In this document: one piece after another, positions 1-12,200 of the stretch | How the letters are laid out: every line of letters begins with the position of its first letter | Position numbering within the stretch: the first letter of the stretch is position 1 | NCBI GenBank assembly: GCA_032718475.1 | Contig: JAUCBJ010003170.1 | Location: 1 to 64,000 of the forward strand | DNA from: Nemertoderma westbladi | Lineage: Eukaryota; Animalia; Xenacoelomorpha | Length of the DNA: 64,000 nt | Reading direction: 5' to 3' | Made by a program: the position numbers and the translations under genes | The notes under the pieces: model-generated | What the model saw: the letters and a program-made list of their open reading frames with translations, nothing else | Database searches by the model: none | What the model was told of the DNA's origin: nothing

Positions 1-60
1 ATATATAGAATGCCGTGGTTTGTAATACTTGGATAATGTATATAGCAAATGTATGGCGTA

Positions 61-265
61 AGGCCCCGTTCCGCGCTGCTTTTTTCTGAGCTTTATTTAA
101 AGCTTTTTTTTTAATTAAAACATTTTCTAGAAATTAGTTGCTTCAAGATGAATCTGAGAATTTTCGAATGCTAAAACCTAAAATATAGAATTATGCCCAC
201 CTTGAAGAAAAGCTCAAAAAAAGCTTGAAAAAAAGCTCCAAAAAAACCTGTGCGGAAACGGGCCT
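61..265. mobile_element. Small MITE (about 200 bp) with imperfect TIRs
   Basis: AGGCCCCGTTCCGCGC at 61 and GTGCGGAAACGGGCCT at 250-265 are imperfect inverted repeats flanked by TA; internal AAAGCT/AGCTTT tracts are also inverted. Confidence 0.55.
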
Positions 266-1212
266 TAAGGGACATACTGAGAAATAATGTCGCACTGCGA
301 TGTAAAGTTAGAAAATATGTCGCCCTGGCGATTTGGTAGTGCGAACCTTTCCAAACAAATAGAAAAATTAGAGTCGTCATTGTTCACTTTCTAAGCTTTA
401 CGGCCCTCGTTATGTTATTTCCCTCGCTGTTATTATAACAATTTCGCACACTTTTGGTTTAAGTCGATAACATTAACAATTTTTTATGCATAATATAAAC
501 TATTCCACTCCTTTACGTATTTCAATTGTAGAGAATCTATAAAATTAATTACGAGCGGTAAATTTTGCGCATTCCAACTCAGAGATCTTGGAACTTTTAA
601 GTTCGTAAATTAAATAAAAAAAAAGTACAATTATAAAGAACTTAAAAAGGGCTAATAACATCAAGTAATTTTTATTATTACAATTGACTGCACACAATTA
701 ATAATAAGGATAACAACTAACTTACGCGGTAGAAAATAACAGAAACTTATAAAAATAAACAGTTTTTTACATCATTCGTGGCTGAAAGCTTTATTTATTA
801 CTGAACCGGTAAATTGTTACATTCCAAAACTGTAATATTTTGGTTAACGACCTTAAAGTTGTTATGTAGAACATATAAATGCTGTGCTAACTTTTCCTAC
901 TCTGTTCTGATCCTCGTAACACTCAGTTCATCACTACGTTCGTTAGTGTGACTGAAGATCAGGACACTGAGAAAACTACAAAAAAAATGTAAAATACTTA
1001 TTAATGAATTAAGATTCCATTTGAATTTAATTTAACCATCATTCCCAATTTCAAACTGAAATCATCCGAGAAAATTAATTGCGAAAATTTATATTGGACG
1101 TTTTCAGCCACGGCAACAAGGAAATAAAGCAACAAAGGAAATAAAGCAACAAGGAAATAAAGCAACAAGGAAATAAAGCGATTGAAAATAAATTCACATA
1201 ATAACATTTTCA

Positions 1213-3459
1213 CTATTTCCTTTTATCTTTAACTAAACAGGCGGCCCCTCCCGTAAACGTATTGTTAGTCCCACTCAGTACCAAATACGGCGTCGACAAC
1301 TGTTCCTGTTTGTTCCTCATGGTCGCCACTGTCTGCAGCGGCGTGTCCGTGGACGCCATCTTCCGCAGCAACTCCTGTTCCTGGAGTTTCTTCGATCTGC
1401 GTTCGATCTTTATCTTCCCCGAGCCTTTCCCGTGGAACTTATGCGAGAGATACCGGAAGGCCTCCTTCTGGTTCAGCAGCCTCCCCGAATCGTCGGCGTA
1501 CTCGATCTTGGGATCGGGTTTGTAGTTCCGCTTCTCGACGAAGTCCTGCACCGGACCGCGGGGCCCGCCGCCGTATCGGTTGTTCCTCCGCTCGAACTTG
1601 TCCTCGAAGTCCGCCGAGATGCCAGCCGCCATCGCGGGGTCCTCCACGCCAACCTCCGACGGGAGATTCTTCTTGCGAACTCCAACAAAAACTTTCTTTT
1701 CCTTTTCAATGAATCCTTTCTTATCGGCGAGTTTAAGAGCCGAGGCGATTCCCTGATCCATCGGCTTCTCCGTCAGGATGTCCTGCGTGTCGGGTTTCTT
1801 TGTCGCGCCTTCAGGATTCCAGGAATCCTGAGACGATTTAAAGTTGGTTTTATAGAGGATCGAAGTCGGATCGTCCTCGTCTAATTCCTCGACCATCTCG
1901 TCGGTGGGATTCTCTTCGGTTGTTACCTGGTTGTCTCCGAGAGTCCGACAGAACTCGGCGACGCTGTCCAGTTCCATAGCGCCGTACGCTGCGCCTGTGG
2001 GCGCCGCGCCCCGACTCCGCACCTCGTGCGCCACCCGCTCGGCCCCGACGCCGGCCGAGAAGTCCTTGGCGAGGAGTCGTCGCGTCCGCGCGAGCGCCGA
2101 CTCGTACGCCACGTCCGCCTCCTCCACGAGTCGGACCCCGGAGCAGTCCGCCTCCGGACCTACCAGATCCGAGTCCGACTCGGTCCCCTCGGCGGCGGCG
2201 GGCGCGACGGATCCCAGGAACGGGATCCTCCCGCCTCCTTCGTCGCGCCTCCCGTGGTCCGCGCCTCCCGCTCCTCCCAACGCCACTAAGTCGTCGGCTC
2301 GCAGCGGTTTAACCCGCTTCCGTAGCCGCTTCACTCGACGCGTCTGCTTGCGGAACCCGCCCTCGCCTCGCTCCATCTCCTCCTTACTCAACGTGTCCAG
2401 CGCGAGACGCAACGGCGCCGCTTGCAACGAGACTTTGGTTCGCTCGTGTTCCTCCTTTATGCGACGCAACGCGGCCAGCTGCTGGACATCCTGCGAGACG
2501 CCGACACCGAGTTTAAAAGACGATGAAACCTCGTCGTCGTACTTAGAAAGGATGCTGGGCAGCTGCGGCATACCGAGTTCATCCAATTCGTCGTTATCGT
2601 ACGGGTTGTAATCCTTCTTCTTCTTACGGAGATCCAAATTCTTCTCCGTCTTCTCGCGCTCCCAGAGATTCACGTTCATTAACGTATCTTCCTCTTCATC
2701 GAGGACTCCACTGTCTTTAAGCGTCAGGATCATTTGGCTCCCCTCCTGGAACCGATCCATCGAATGATCCACCTTCAACCCCTCCAGGTTGGAACTCCCG
2801 TAGGTCGGTTTATCGACCTGCTTTACGATCCTATCCAACCCGAATTCCTCCTCCATCTTCCTCAACTCTTCCTCCTCCACCTTTGCCTCTCTCCTCTTCA
2901 CTTCCAGCTTCCGACTCCGAGCTACCCACGCCTTCACGTCGTCTTCATCGTCGCTCCCTCCGTCTCCCAGCGTTCTCGCATTCTCGTACCGACCCATCAG
3001 CTTCCGTTTCTCCCGTTGCGCTTGCACCTTCGCTCGGAGTTTCTCTGTATCTTTCAGTTTGCTTATATTCGACGGAGGAGCGTGGACGTCGTCTTTAGGT
3101 TGCGTCGTAGACGAGGTGGAGTTCCTAGATCTCGATGTTTCCAACGGCTTTAGACCCAACTGGGCTCGGATTCTGTTTGTTTCTTCCACCGATATCGAGT
3201 CGCCCGCTCCTTTACTTTCCACCGAGATCGATTCACTAGCACTAGGATCCTCGTTTGTTCTTTGATTTATATCCTCTCTCGCAGAGCTTTGCCTTCCTGT
3301 TGTGTTATACCGGTAATTATCGACTTCGGGATTGTGACGTTTTATCCGTGAACGGTGCACCGGTGGAGGTGGTGACGGTGACACCGATGAACTGTCATCG
3401 CTCCTATCCCGATTCCGTTTGGAACGGGTTTTACTTCCATCTTTATTATGTCGAACCAT
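1213..3459 (-). CDS. SART1: U4/U6.U5 tri-snRNP-associated protein 1 (SART1/Snu66), single coding exon, 748 aa
   Basis: RS-rich N-terminus, HIND motif SISVEETNRIRAQLGLKPL, central ILTLKDSGVLDEEEDTLMNVNL, C-terminal EAFRYLSHKFHGKGSGKIK and STDTPL, all typical of SART1; the ORF is uninterrupted and GC-rich. Confidence 0.96.
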   Translation of the reverse strand: MVRHNKDGSKTRSKRNRDRSDDSSSVSPSPPPPVHRSRIKRHNPEVDNYRYNTTGRQSSAREDINQRTNEDPSASESISVESKGAGDSISVEETNRIRAQLGLKPLETSRSRNSTSSTTQPKDDVHAPPSNISKLKDTEKLRAKVQAQREKRKLMGRYENARTLGDGGSDDEDDVKAWVARSRKLEVKRREAKVEEEELRKMEEEFGLDRIVKQVDKPTYGSSNLEGLKVDHSMDRFQEGSQMILTLKDSGVLDEEEDTLMNVNLWEREKTEKNLDLRKKKKDYNPYDNDELDELGMPQLPSILSKYDDEVSSSFKLGVGVSQDVQQLAALRRIKEEHERTKVSLQAAPLRLALDTLSKEEMERGEGGFRKQTRRVKRLRKRVKPLRADDLVALGGAGGADHGRRDEGGGRIPFLGSVAPAAAEGTESDSDLVGPEADCSGVRLVEEADVAYESALARTRRLLAKDFSAGVGAERVAHEVRSRGAAPTGAAYGAMELDSVAEFCRTLGDNQVTTEENPTDEMVEELDEDDPTSILYKTNFKSSQDSWNPEGATKKPDTQDILTEKPMDQGIASALKLADKKGFIEKEKKVFVGVRKKNLPSEVGVEDPAMAAGISADFEDKFERRNNRYGGGPRGPVQDFVEKRNYKPDPKIEYADDSGRLLNQKEAFRYLSHKFHGKGSGKIKIERRSKKLQEQELLRKMASTDTPLQTVATMRNKQEQLSTPYLVLSGTNNTFTGGAACLVKDKRK

Positions 3460-4259
3460 TATTTCAGTACTGTAGGCCCTACATCAGTATTCAGCAAGGA
3501 CTACTATACTACAGTAGTATAGTAGTCCTTGGCAGCTTGGTATTCAGGTATTTATTTGCAATTTGTGTCTCCTGTGTCCTGTCAGCCTGTACCTCTATCC
3601 ATTCCACTATCTGCCTATCACAGTATCAGCCTATAGCACAGGCCTAAACTTCGAAATCGACCCTATTTGATAGAGTTGGATAGCCCAGCCCAGGCCAGGT
3701 CCAGCCCTTAAAACTGTAGGCCTATTAGCTAATAGCTATAAGTTAAGATGGTATGTACTGTATAGTCAAGTCACAGTATGTAGGCTTATTAAAAGTATTA
3801 TCATGAATTATCGGCGGAGATTCTTTGAGAGAGAATTAATTCATGAAAGTTTGCCGTAATTATTAATGTTTAGTTTTAGTTTATAGTCAGTCATGTCATC
3901 ATACAGTCATAGGCGTACTGTAGTGCGGCAGTTCCAGATATTGGATATATGCCGTTTTCTCACTGAACCTTGCACCTTGCATGGGAATATATAGTAAATG
4001 TTTTGGGTGATTTTGAATTTGGTTATTTGGTACGAAATTTTATTGTGATCAATAATCCAACTGACAGACTGATGCCCAGCCAGCCAGCCAGTGCCGGGGC
4101 TGGAACACACCTGGGCCATGTGCCATCGAAAATTGTATTGCTCTTGCATATAATGTCAATATCCGGTGTAGAATTTGATCACTTTAAGGAAAACCCGCGA
4201 TGTCTGAATGTAGCCAGTTGGGCTTCATTCCAGGTCCAGCAGTCGGATTATTGATGACA

Positions 4260-4383
4260 ATAATATTACCTACCCGAATAGGTTAAAATAATATTTAACT
4301 AAATAAATAAATAATATTTACTTACATGGAAGTATATAGGGCCTAGTGAATATTATTTTAACCTATTCGGGTAGGTAATATTA
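4260..4383. mobile_element. Short hairpin/MITE-like element
   Basis: ATAATATTACCTACCCGAATAGGTTAAAATAATATT at 4260 is the reverse complement of AATATTATTTTAACCTATTCGGGTAGGTAATATTAT at about 4349-4384. Confidence 0.65.
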
Positions 4384-4529
4384 TATAATCCTACATTACA
4401 TTGTAAGGTAGGCCTATAGCTATGTATAGGTCCTAATGCAATATCTGCAGGACTATCAGTAGTTTAGACAACATCCAACATACTGACATAGATGATATAT
4501 TAAGATGTAAAAGCTTCTGTGGGATATAA

Positions 4530-4925
4530 CTGGCCCTTTTGCTTTGCAATCCAGTTTCCCCCCAGGCGCTGGAATACTCTAAAAGGCTCACTAACTCGAA
4601 TGATACAAGCGACCGGCTGATTGGCTGATTTGCTGTACGAGGGGCTCTTTGCTATGTTCTATCGGCCAACCAGAGCTATAGCAGCAGAGTATGCAACCAG
4701 GACAACCGAGCGGAGTGACTCATTTTGTGTGCTGGCCAAGGGATGCCAAAATCCTGATAGTTCGGCATTTAGACATTCGTGGAACCTGTGGATTCTGGTG
4801 TTCTGCCAATGAGAGCTATTCCTCTCTGTGTAAAAGATACCTGCAACAGGGACAGAGCACAGTGTGTGTTGTTATTCCTCCTACGCCAGAACATCGGCTT
4901 TTGGAATGACTTGTTTCAGACTTTT
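4530..4925 (+). ncRNA. Candidate structured non-coding RNA (family unassigned)
   Basis: Locally GC-richer island with no recognisable protein; several hand-found stems with G-U pairs on the + strand (4630-4696, 4798-4860, 4871-4910); ends in TTTT at 4922-4925. Confidence 0.3.
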
Positions 4926-6414
4926 AGTAAAACATTAGTAGGCTTAGATTATAGAACGTATAACTGTTATCGACCCAATCAGCATACAGTCTAATCATAT
5001 TATATCTTAACCTACCGTCTTAATGCTATTTACTGTTGTGTTTATCAGTTGGTTGAATATTATTATTTGGAGAACATCTATAAAGAACCCAAATTTCCCA
5101 ATTTTCTTGATACACTACAGGTTAGAGAGACAGGCTATATATATAACAATTTGCGACTTATGTTATCGTGGTTTGTAGTGAATCTAATGCTATTTGATAA
5201 GCACTACATGGGTCAATTGCTGTTCTCTTTATGTGTGATCAAATTCATTGACGGTCGGCAGATTAGTGTGCAGTATTGTGCGGTACCGGTAGTGTGCATG
5301 ATTGTGACTGATAACAAAGCATTTCCTAAAGAATGCGCCTTATACGTGAATCATAAGCCTTACCGTTGCGTGTAGTATAAGTCATAGCTCTGTTTACTTA
5401 GATAGAGCGCCACGTCCTAAAGGAACTGTTAATATTTCCCGAAAGTGAATAATATTTGTCAGAAATTATTTATTAGCGATCAATCGAATAATACAGTAGG
5501 CTTCACTGCAATAATAAAATCTAAGCCCCATCCGAATCCAGTCTCCCGGGAATATCCAGCGGGTGAATGGACGCGCACTAGGCTGGCTTCGGCTAATGTT
5601 GTGTTTATTGGTATTAAATACTTGTCATTTACTAAAAGTCTATTCATAAACCAAAGACATATAAATTTTGGCAGGTTAAACTGCTAAAGGTCTTCAAAAG
5701 CGCGTACATAAGATATTACTAACACTCAACTCCCCCCGTCAGGGTCAGTTTGCTGACACAAAAGCATATCTACGTCAATCCATTTTTTTAGCCTAGATAA
5801 TTTCAGAGAGCATCGGTTCAACAGACTGCCGCTAGAGGGCTTAATATCTGTAAATTATAATGTTCTCCAATTTCATTGTTTTGGATCAATTCAAGTTGAT
5901 TCTTGGCAGAGGTTCTTCTATACCATAAAATTGCGTCTTTGAGTGGAAAATGAATAGCGAAATGTGTGAAAGTGAAAACGTTATCTAATTTCGTTGTTTA
6001 TATTGTTTTTTAGCGGATTCTTTGCAGATAAGTGCTTTGAGCTGTGTGTATCTGCCGCGACTGTTATTTTTGTTTGAGATCGATTTAGTTTACCAATGTA
6101 AATATATAGTTAAATTTCTTTAAAATTAATTACGTCCCAAATGGCGAAAATAATCCTGCATGTATCAAAAGTTAAAGCGCAAAAAAATGTTTAATTCAAA
6201 ATTATTTGAGTTTATTTACATCGATATTTATCTTTCTCAATTTACTTTTGAAATTTCACTTGAAAAACAATACTAAAAAAACTATGGCGGTGAGTTTGTC
6301 ATACCTAATTGACAAAATATATTATACATCTTTTAAAACAAAACTCCACATTGGAGTAAATAATTCAGAAATGGGATTGTGTGAAAAACAATAAGATAAT
6401 CTTAATAAATGTTA

Positions 6415-8190
6415 TTAAGTGTAAACAATTGGGTCGCATAATGAGGTTGATTGAGCCGGAGTTATATGGGTTGATGATAAAGGTCGCCAGATGGATTCGG
6501 CACCCCTTGCAGAGAGGAGAGACGTGTTGGGTTGATAGTCTGTTATTACGCTGCGATTGCTAGAGTCTGGGTTGCTATTAGCAACTCGAGACCTCGATGG
6601 TAATTGGTTGATGTCGGATTGACTTAATGGATGATCAACTCCTTCGTCGACTCTTTGATCTACTCCGATAGTGAAGAAGCTACCCAACCGGCTGGGAGAT
6701 TCTGTAGGATTGGTTTCGACACCGAGATATCTACTAGAGACTCCAGCCAGCGCCTCTGTAGGTCTCTTAGTGATTCCACCGTCTGGGCCAATAGAAACTG
6801 GACGCCATTTAGACTTCTTATTGCTCAACAATCCACTCACCCCACTGGATAATAAATCGCCATTGCTAACAGACTCATCTACGCCTTCCAAATATTTTTC
6901 CTCCTTGGAAATCATATTTTCCATTTCTGGTCTAAATTCTTCTATTGTAACTCTAGTAACATGGTCAGCGACATCACGAGAGACCAGCATATCCTCTTCG
7001 GGATCATCAACAAAGAAATTAGATATTTCTCCATCAGCACCATCCACATTAAGCGCCTCTTCAACCTCATCTATTTCAATAACACTAAATACACTATTCG
7101 ATTTCACAGCCGGATTCCTGAGTTCCAAGAAACTTCGCAGTTGTGATTCGCCATTCACTAGTTCCGTATTAACCAATGGCTGCTCTTCCAGAATCGGGCC
7201 GCTATACATGTTTATCTGTGGCGCGTCGGAACGTCTGTGCTGCTTCAACATCAGTTTCTCCGTGTAACTCATCGAACTCTTGAACGTTATATTCGGCACG
7301 GCGGCATCCGTCTGGGTTCCGCTCAACTGCGTACTGTTGCTATGGCAACTGTTACCATTGACCTGGTGGTTGCTACGCCAAGCTTTAAGAGCGCTTTGAA
7401 ATGAGTCAGCGCTTTCTTCTTCGTCGAATTGTCCAACCGATAAATTCGAGTTATTATTATTAATAATGTTAGTTTTATTTATTTTGACCGCATTGTATCC
7501 CTTGGTTACGGGAAGATCTACGTCTCTGGGAGTGGTACCGGTTTCCACTACCTTCGGTAGGATTGTCCCACTACGTTGCCATTGGTTACTAAGCTGCTGG
7601 AGTTGTTCAGTCACTTCCGGTCTATCTGATTGCACTTGATGGGGAGTAAAGGGGTGTTTATTCCCGGCGGGTTTACGAACGAACTTGTACCCGGGAATGG
7701 CCGTGGATCTGTGGTCCCGTAACTTACCCTTGAGATGGAACTGGGCGTAACACGTGGCGCAGTAGACCTCGTTGCATTGCACGCAGCTGAGCGTTGACGG
7801 ATGTTCGCCGCATTGACCGCATTGGGGGGCCTCTGGAATGGTTCCGGGTTTTTCATTGAAATGTTTCTCCGCTACTTTTAGGACGGGGTTTTTACGTTTC
7901 GGGCGAACGTCTTCGCATTTTATTTCCTTGAGGATTGTAATCTTTGTCGGCCGTTGTTTATTTGCCGCCGCAGGCTTACTGTCTTTCTTATTTGTAATGT
8001 TTGCTGACTTCCAATGGTTTCCGTCCCGGCCTATCCTGTTAGACTCGGAGGTCAACGCGATCTTTAGTTCCCCCAATCTCTGTTGCATTCTCTGAGTGTC
8101 TAGTTCCAGGTCCTGCATGTTGGCACGCAGTACTGACCTCGAACTGAGTTCTTTGTTTCTGCGATATTGTAGATCTTTTGTAGTCATCAT
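6415..8190 (-). CDS. ZBBX: Zinc finger B-box domain-containing protein (ZBBX-like), single exon, 591 aa
   Basis: N-terminal coiled coil plus HWKSA, B-box CGQCGEHPSTLSCVQCNEVYCATCYAQFHLKGKLRDH, and ZBBX-typical GQFDEEESADSFQSALKAWR and SMSYTEKLMLKQHR motifs. Confidence 0.88.
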   Translation of the reverse strand: MMTTKDLQYRRNKELSSRSVLRANMQDLELDTQRMQQRLGELKIALTSESNRIGRDGNHWKSANITNKKDSKPAAANKQRPTKITILKEIKCEDVRPKRKNPVLKVAEKHFNEKPGTIPEAPQCGQCGEHPSTLSCVQCNEVYCATCYAQFHLKGKLRDHRSTAIPGYKFVRKPAGNKHPFTPHQVQSDRPEVTEQLQQLSNQWQRSGTILPKVVETGTTPRDVDLPVTKGYNAVKINKTNIINNNNSNLSVGQFDEEESADSFQSALKAWRSNHQVNGNSCHSNSTQLSGTQTDAAVPNITFKSSMSYTEKLMLKQHRRSDAPQINMYSGPILEEQPLVNTELVNGESQLRSFLELRNPAVKSNSVFSVIEIDEVEEALNVDGADGEISNFFVDDPEEDMLVSRDVADHVTRVTIEEFRPEMENMISKEEKYLEGVDESVSNGDLLSSGVSGLLSNKKSKWRPVSIGPDGGITKRPTEALAGVSSRYLGVETNPTESPSRLGSFFTIGVDQRVDEGVDHPLSQSDINQLPSRSRVANSNPDSSNRSVITDYQPNTSLLSARGAESIWRPLSSTHITPAQSTSLCDPIVYT

Positions 8191-8653
8191 GAACGCAATT
8201 ATTATACCAAATTTATTTTATAGTTAGTGGCGTAGATTACAAGTATATATATTAAAGTAAAAGCTTAATAGTGGTAATAGTCAGGGTGTTATTTATAATA
8301 CACCACGTTATAACATTTAATTGTATTTTACATGCAGAACCAGACATTTACCGGAAATGTGATAACAGTGATCTGAGCGCAGTTGTACCGTATTGAGAAT
8401 GTTAGTTTATTCTTTGTTGTCATGCCAATTTGAAAATATGTTTAATTTCGTTACAATAATTACGATTATATTATGAAGTGTCGTCTATTGCACGATTTAA
8501 CCAGATCACCTAAGATGAGGAAACATTAAGAATTTATATTAAAATTTAGCACGATTATAAATTATAAAGTCACGCAATGATAAGCAAATTGACTCGTACA
8601 ATTCAGTAATGAATGAACCAAAATAGTGGTAAGCAGAAAGTACTTGTTTGGCG

Positions 8654-8666
8654 GTTGCCAAGCAAC
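8654..8666. promoter_or_regulatory. RFX X-box between divergent ZBBX and tectonic genes
   Basis: GTTGCCAAGCAAC fits the X-box consensus GTNRCC(N0-3)RGYAAC; it lies about 460 bp from the ZBBX ATG and about 620 bp from the tectonic ATG. Confidence 0.6.
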
Positions 8667-9284
8667 CATCAACATTCCCTGCTCTCACATTTACCACCTA
8701 CCAATCAGGCACTGATCGCGTACCGGTCCTGTAGGCCTATCCAATCCATCCCCTCAAAACTACCATAGGAGGCTAACTGATTCAGTTAATTATTTATGAG
8801 TCCTCCTCAGTTTACATTTAGATACAAATGTATTGCAAAACTAAATCTTCTTCAGTGAATAAATTCTGAAAAATTGTACACACCGTTTCCATGTTGTGTC
8901 CCAGTCCAGCAGACCAGCACCGGCTGATCCCTTGGTCAGCTTGGTTGGCACCTGACAGTGGCTGTCTGTGTATCGTTGTAAGTTGATGCTTCTTAGTCGT
9001 GGGCCATGGCATCTACTACCGTACCGGTATGTAATTATCGCTTACTGGTGTGTGTGTACCGGTATTTCATAATTATGCCAGTTTCATTCATTCATTTATA
9101 ATTTCGTTATAATATTTATTATATTATTTGAACTTAAATTCTTATATTTGCGCCATACGAACTGCAGCAACAGGTTAACCCACGCGACTCCGTCAAGCAT
9201 AATCAACAACATTACGCCCATCAATTCTACAACTACCGGTAACCAGTGCAAGTGAACCCCAAGGATAAATACTACTAAGAATTA

Positions 9285-12200
9285 ATGGAGACTTTGCATT
9301 TAATATTATATTTTCTAGTATTGTTTAATTTTGCAAGCTGTGTCGATATCGAGGGGTATTTAGACGTTGGTAGCCAGACTGACGGCTCATACACCTTCGT
9401 TAGAAAGACGTACAAAGAGAGAAATAATGTTGTGCTCCCCGTGTTCCTACGATTAGTTAACGTTAGTGCGCCGGGCCCCACGCAGGATTTCGAGGTAATT
9501 TGCGAAGTCAAACAATCAGGATCTGTTTACACAGAAATAACTCAGAAGAATACTATAAATATAGGAGCCACTGCGCTCTCTGTCGATATAGCTTTCGACT
9601 ACGTGCGTTCCGGTTTACCGGTTGTCGTAGAATGTAAACCGGTGGCCACGGATACGGCTTACACCGCAGGGAGATCGGGGGTTGTAGAGATTCTATTTCA
9701 ACCCAAACTAACTATGTGTTACAACGATATAACTGTATCGGATACTAACGGTGTTAGCTACAGTTTACCTATAGAGCTATCGGAATCTGCTGCCGGGGCC
9801 ACGACAGTTCGTTGCGTAAGTGATCCGTCTGTGATTACCTTCGATGCGGATCTAAAAATAGTAGAAGGCGACCGGTCGTTTAGTATCAAGTTTACAGTTG
9901 GAACAGTTACTGCTGGAAGTAGCGCTGAAATTACTTGTTCAGCGGATACGTACCTCTCGGGTGTAGCCAATGTTCATTTCACATCGGTTCCCGAACCAGT
10001 ACTAACCTTGTCTCCCTCTGCGGATTTATCCGTCAACTCTGCTTCCTTTTTGTTGTCGTTGACTTATACCAGTAGCGTCGCTAAAGAGGTTGAGGTCTCT
10101 TGTAAACTCAATGAGTATGATACCAAGGCAGAGGTGAGTTGACTTAAGTTGTGTTGAAGAAATTTGTAGAGTTATTCATCACTTCGTTATTATATTACTT
10201 AGTTTTAATTAATCCATATGTGTTATCTTTTTTAATGATAAAATAATTTATTTAGTGCAATTAGTGGCTGCCTAAACTTATAGTCTAGTTGTTGTGGGCC
10301 TGCTAGATAAGTTTGGTTGGGTATACGTAGTTAGTTGTTGTAGGAAACAGGGACCATGGCCCACTTAAGGTACTTAAAGTACTTTAAGTAGGCCATGGAG
10401 GGACCCTCAAAAAAAAGTAATTATTGTTGTTTTAACGATATATCTACTATAGTACCTCATTACCAGAGATCTAATTACCGGGTTCGATTCGGGTTCAGGT
10501 CTTTTTTTTGTAGTTAATGTTTAGGTAGTTTCATTTACAGCCAGCTTGCTGGTAGTTCTAGATATTAATTAAAACTTTAGATGGAGGGTGCCATTGATTA
10601 TCCAACAGTTTTAATTTTAGTGTTTATTTTCACGGGAAAGGAGACCCTTTATTTATATTTAATTAATTATTATGGCATCTTTAGGAAAATATTTCATTAT
10701 TATTCATGGTAATAATTTCAAACGTTTACTGTATGATAGTCTGAACGTTTAATATCTAAAATCTCACATGAGATACTAGAATACTACCACGTTATAAAAA
10801 AGGGGTGCAAAATGTAAAGTTTGGTGAGATTTTATGGTTAGACATTAAATTACTTATAGACAAATATTTTATCAAAAAATACAACTAACGACTTTATATA
10901 TTGTTAAACTGGTTTAGTTAGAATCAACTATAAAACTCTTCCATCCCTCGTTCCAATCCTGGGTATGTTTATCTGCAGGCTGAAGCACCGACGACCTGTC
11001 CGATTGCACCGGGGGGTACAGCTGAATCCCCAGATGGTTACTGGGATCTTCAATCGTCCGCGTCGAAACTCTCGGAAAGCGATCTCTTGAGGTTGAATAT
11101 CAACTACGTGGGGAAATCGGACGGATCTGTTACGAAATATCTCAGAGTTCAGTGAGTTCAGTTGATTATATAAGTACAGAAACTCATCATTGCGTAGTTT
11201 CAGTGGACAAAATGTAGGGTGTGAAGAGTCATGGCATGCCATGGAGGTACTCCTATGATAACACCAACGCTGACTCTGGCCCCATCTCAGGTCATGCCCA
11301 TCTGATCACAACTGTACCATATCTTATTAAATAAAATAATGTTGTTTTAATACAGTAGGTTTTACAGTAGGCATCTAAAAATTATGTTTTATTGTTCTTA
11401 TTTGGTTGGTTTGGATATTACATTACGTAACACTAATGCATAAACAGTATTTGCAATAATATAATGTACAACGCACATACAGTGTTGCTATACGTAAACT
11501 CATAGAACAACAACATTAATTAAATAATATTTAATACTACTACCTAACACTTTTTGTAATATATCGCAAGGGCTTGCCTTGATAACATTGACGATTCCTA
11601 TCATTTAGATGTTCTATTAGCAAGTTATTGGGGAGTTTTATTTAAACTTATCATAGCTAACGAATTATCGAAGTACAATTTCCCTTCATCCTTTAACGTG
11701 CTGCATTCGTCACCTGTAATCATTGCCACTACCCTATCTATGATGGTAATCGGTGCGTTTTCGAGGAAACGATTGACTTCTGTAATAAAGTCGACAATAA
11801 GTCCCTTCCGATGTTTCGTTACTACATCAACGTCATCACCTTCGCAGTCACTAATATCAATGTAGGATTCTTTGTGCTTTATTGTGTATTGACAACCGGG
11901 TATTCCTTTAAGTTTCTCCTCAACATCCATGGAAGTGATGTAGCAACAACTTTTGTCTGGAAACATTTCTTCCATCGATTTCCAGAGTTTATGGTATCCA
12001 CTTTTGGAAGAAACTACAACGATATTGAACATCGCATTGCGATGTTTAGATCTCAGGTTTAGCATTTCTTTAATGGTGGTTGTTAATTCGTCTTTCTTTA
12101 TATAGTAAAGAACCTGCACTGCAGCTACTATATCGAACTTGGTGTTTTTTACACCCTCCTTGGTTAAATATTCTTGCACTGTCATTTCTTGAAAATTTAC

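Noticed and set aside
1262-3265. Plus-strand ORFs overlapping SART1, and similar antisense ORFs over ZBBX, tectonic and the 44.7-kb exon
   Set aside because: Shadow ORFs of real coding sequence with no recognisable motifs.
3907-4254. 94-aa + strand and 80-aa - strand ORFs upstream of SART1
   Set aside because: No recognisable motif or consistent splice partners; may be UTR or promoter sequence.
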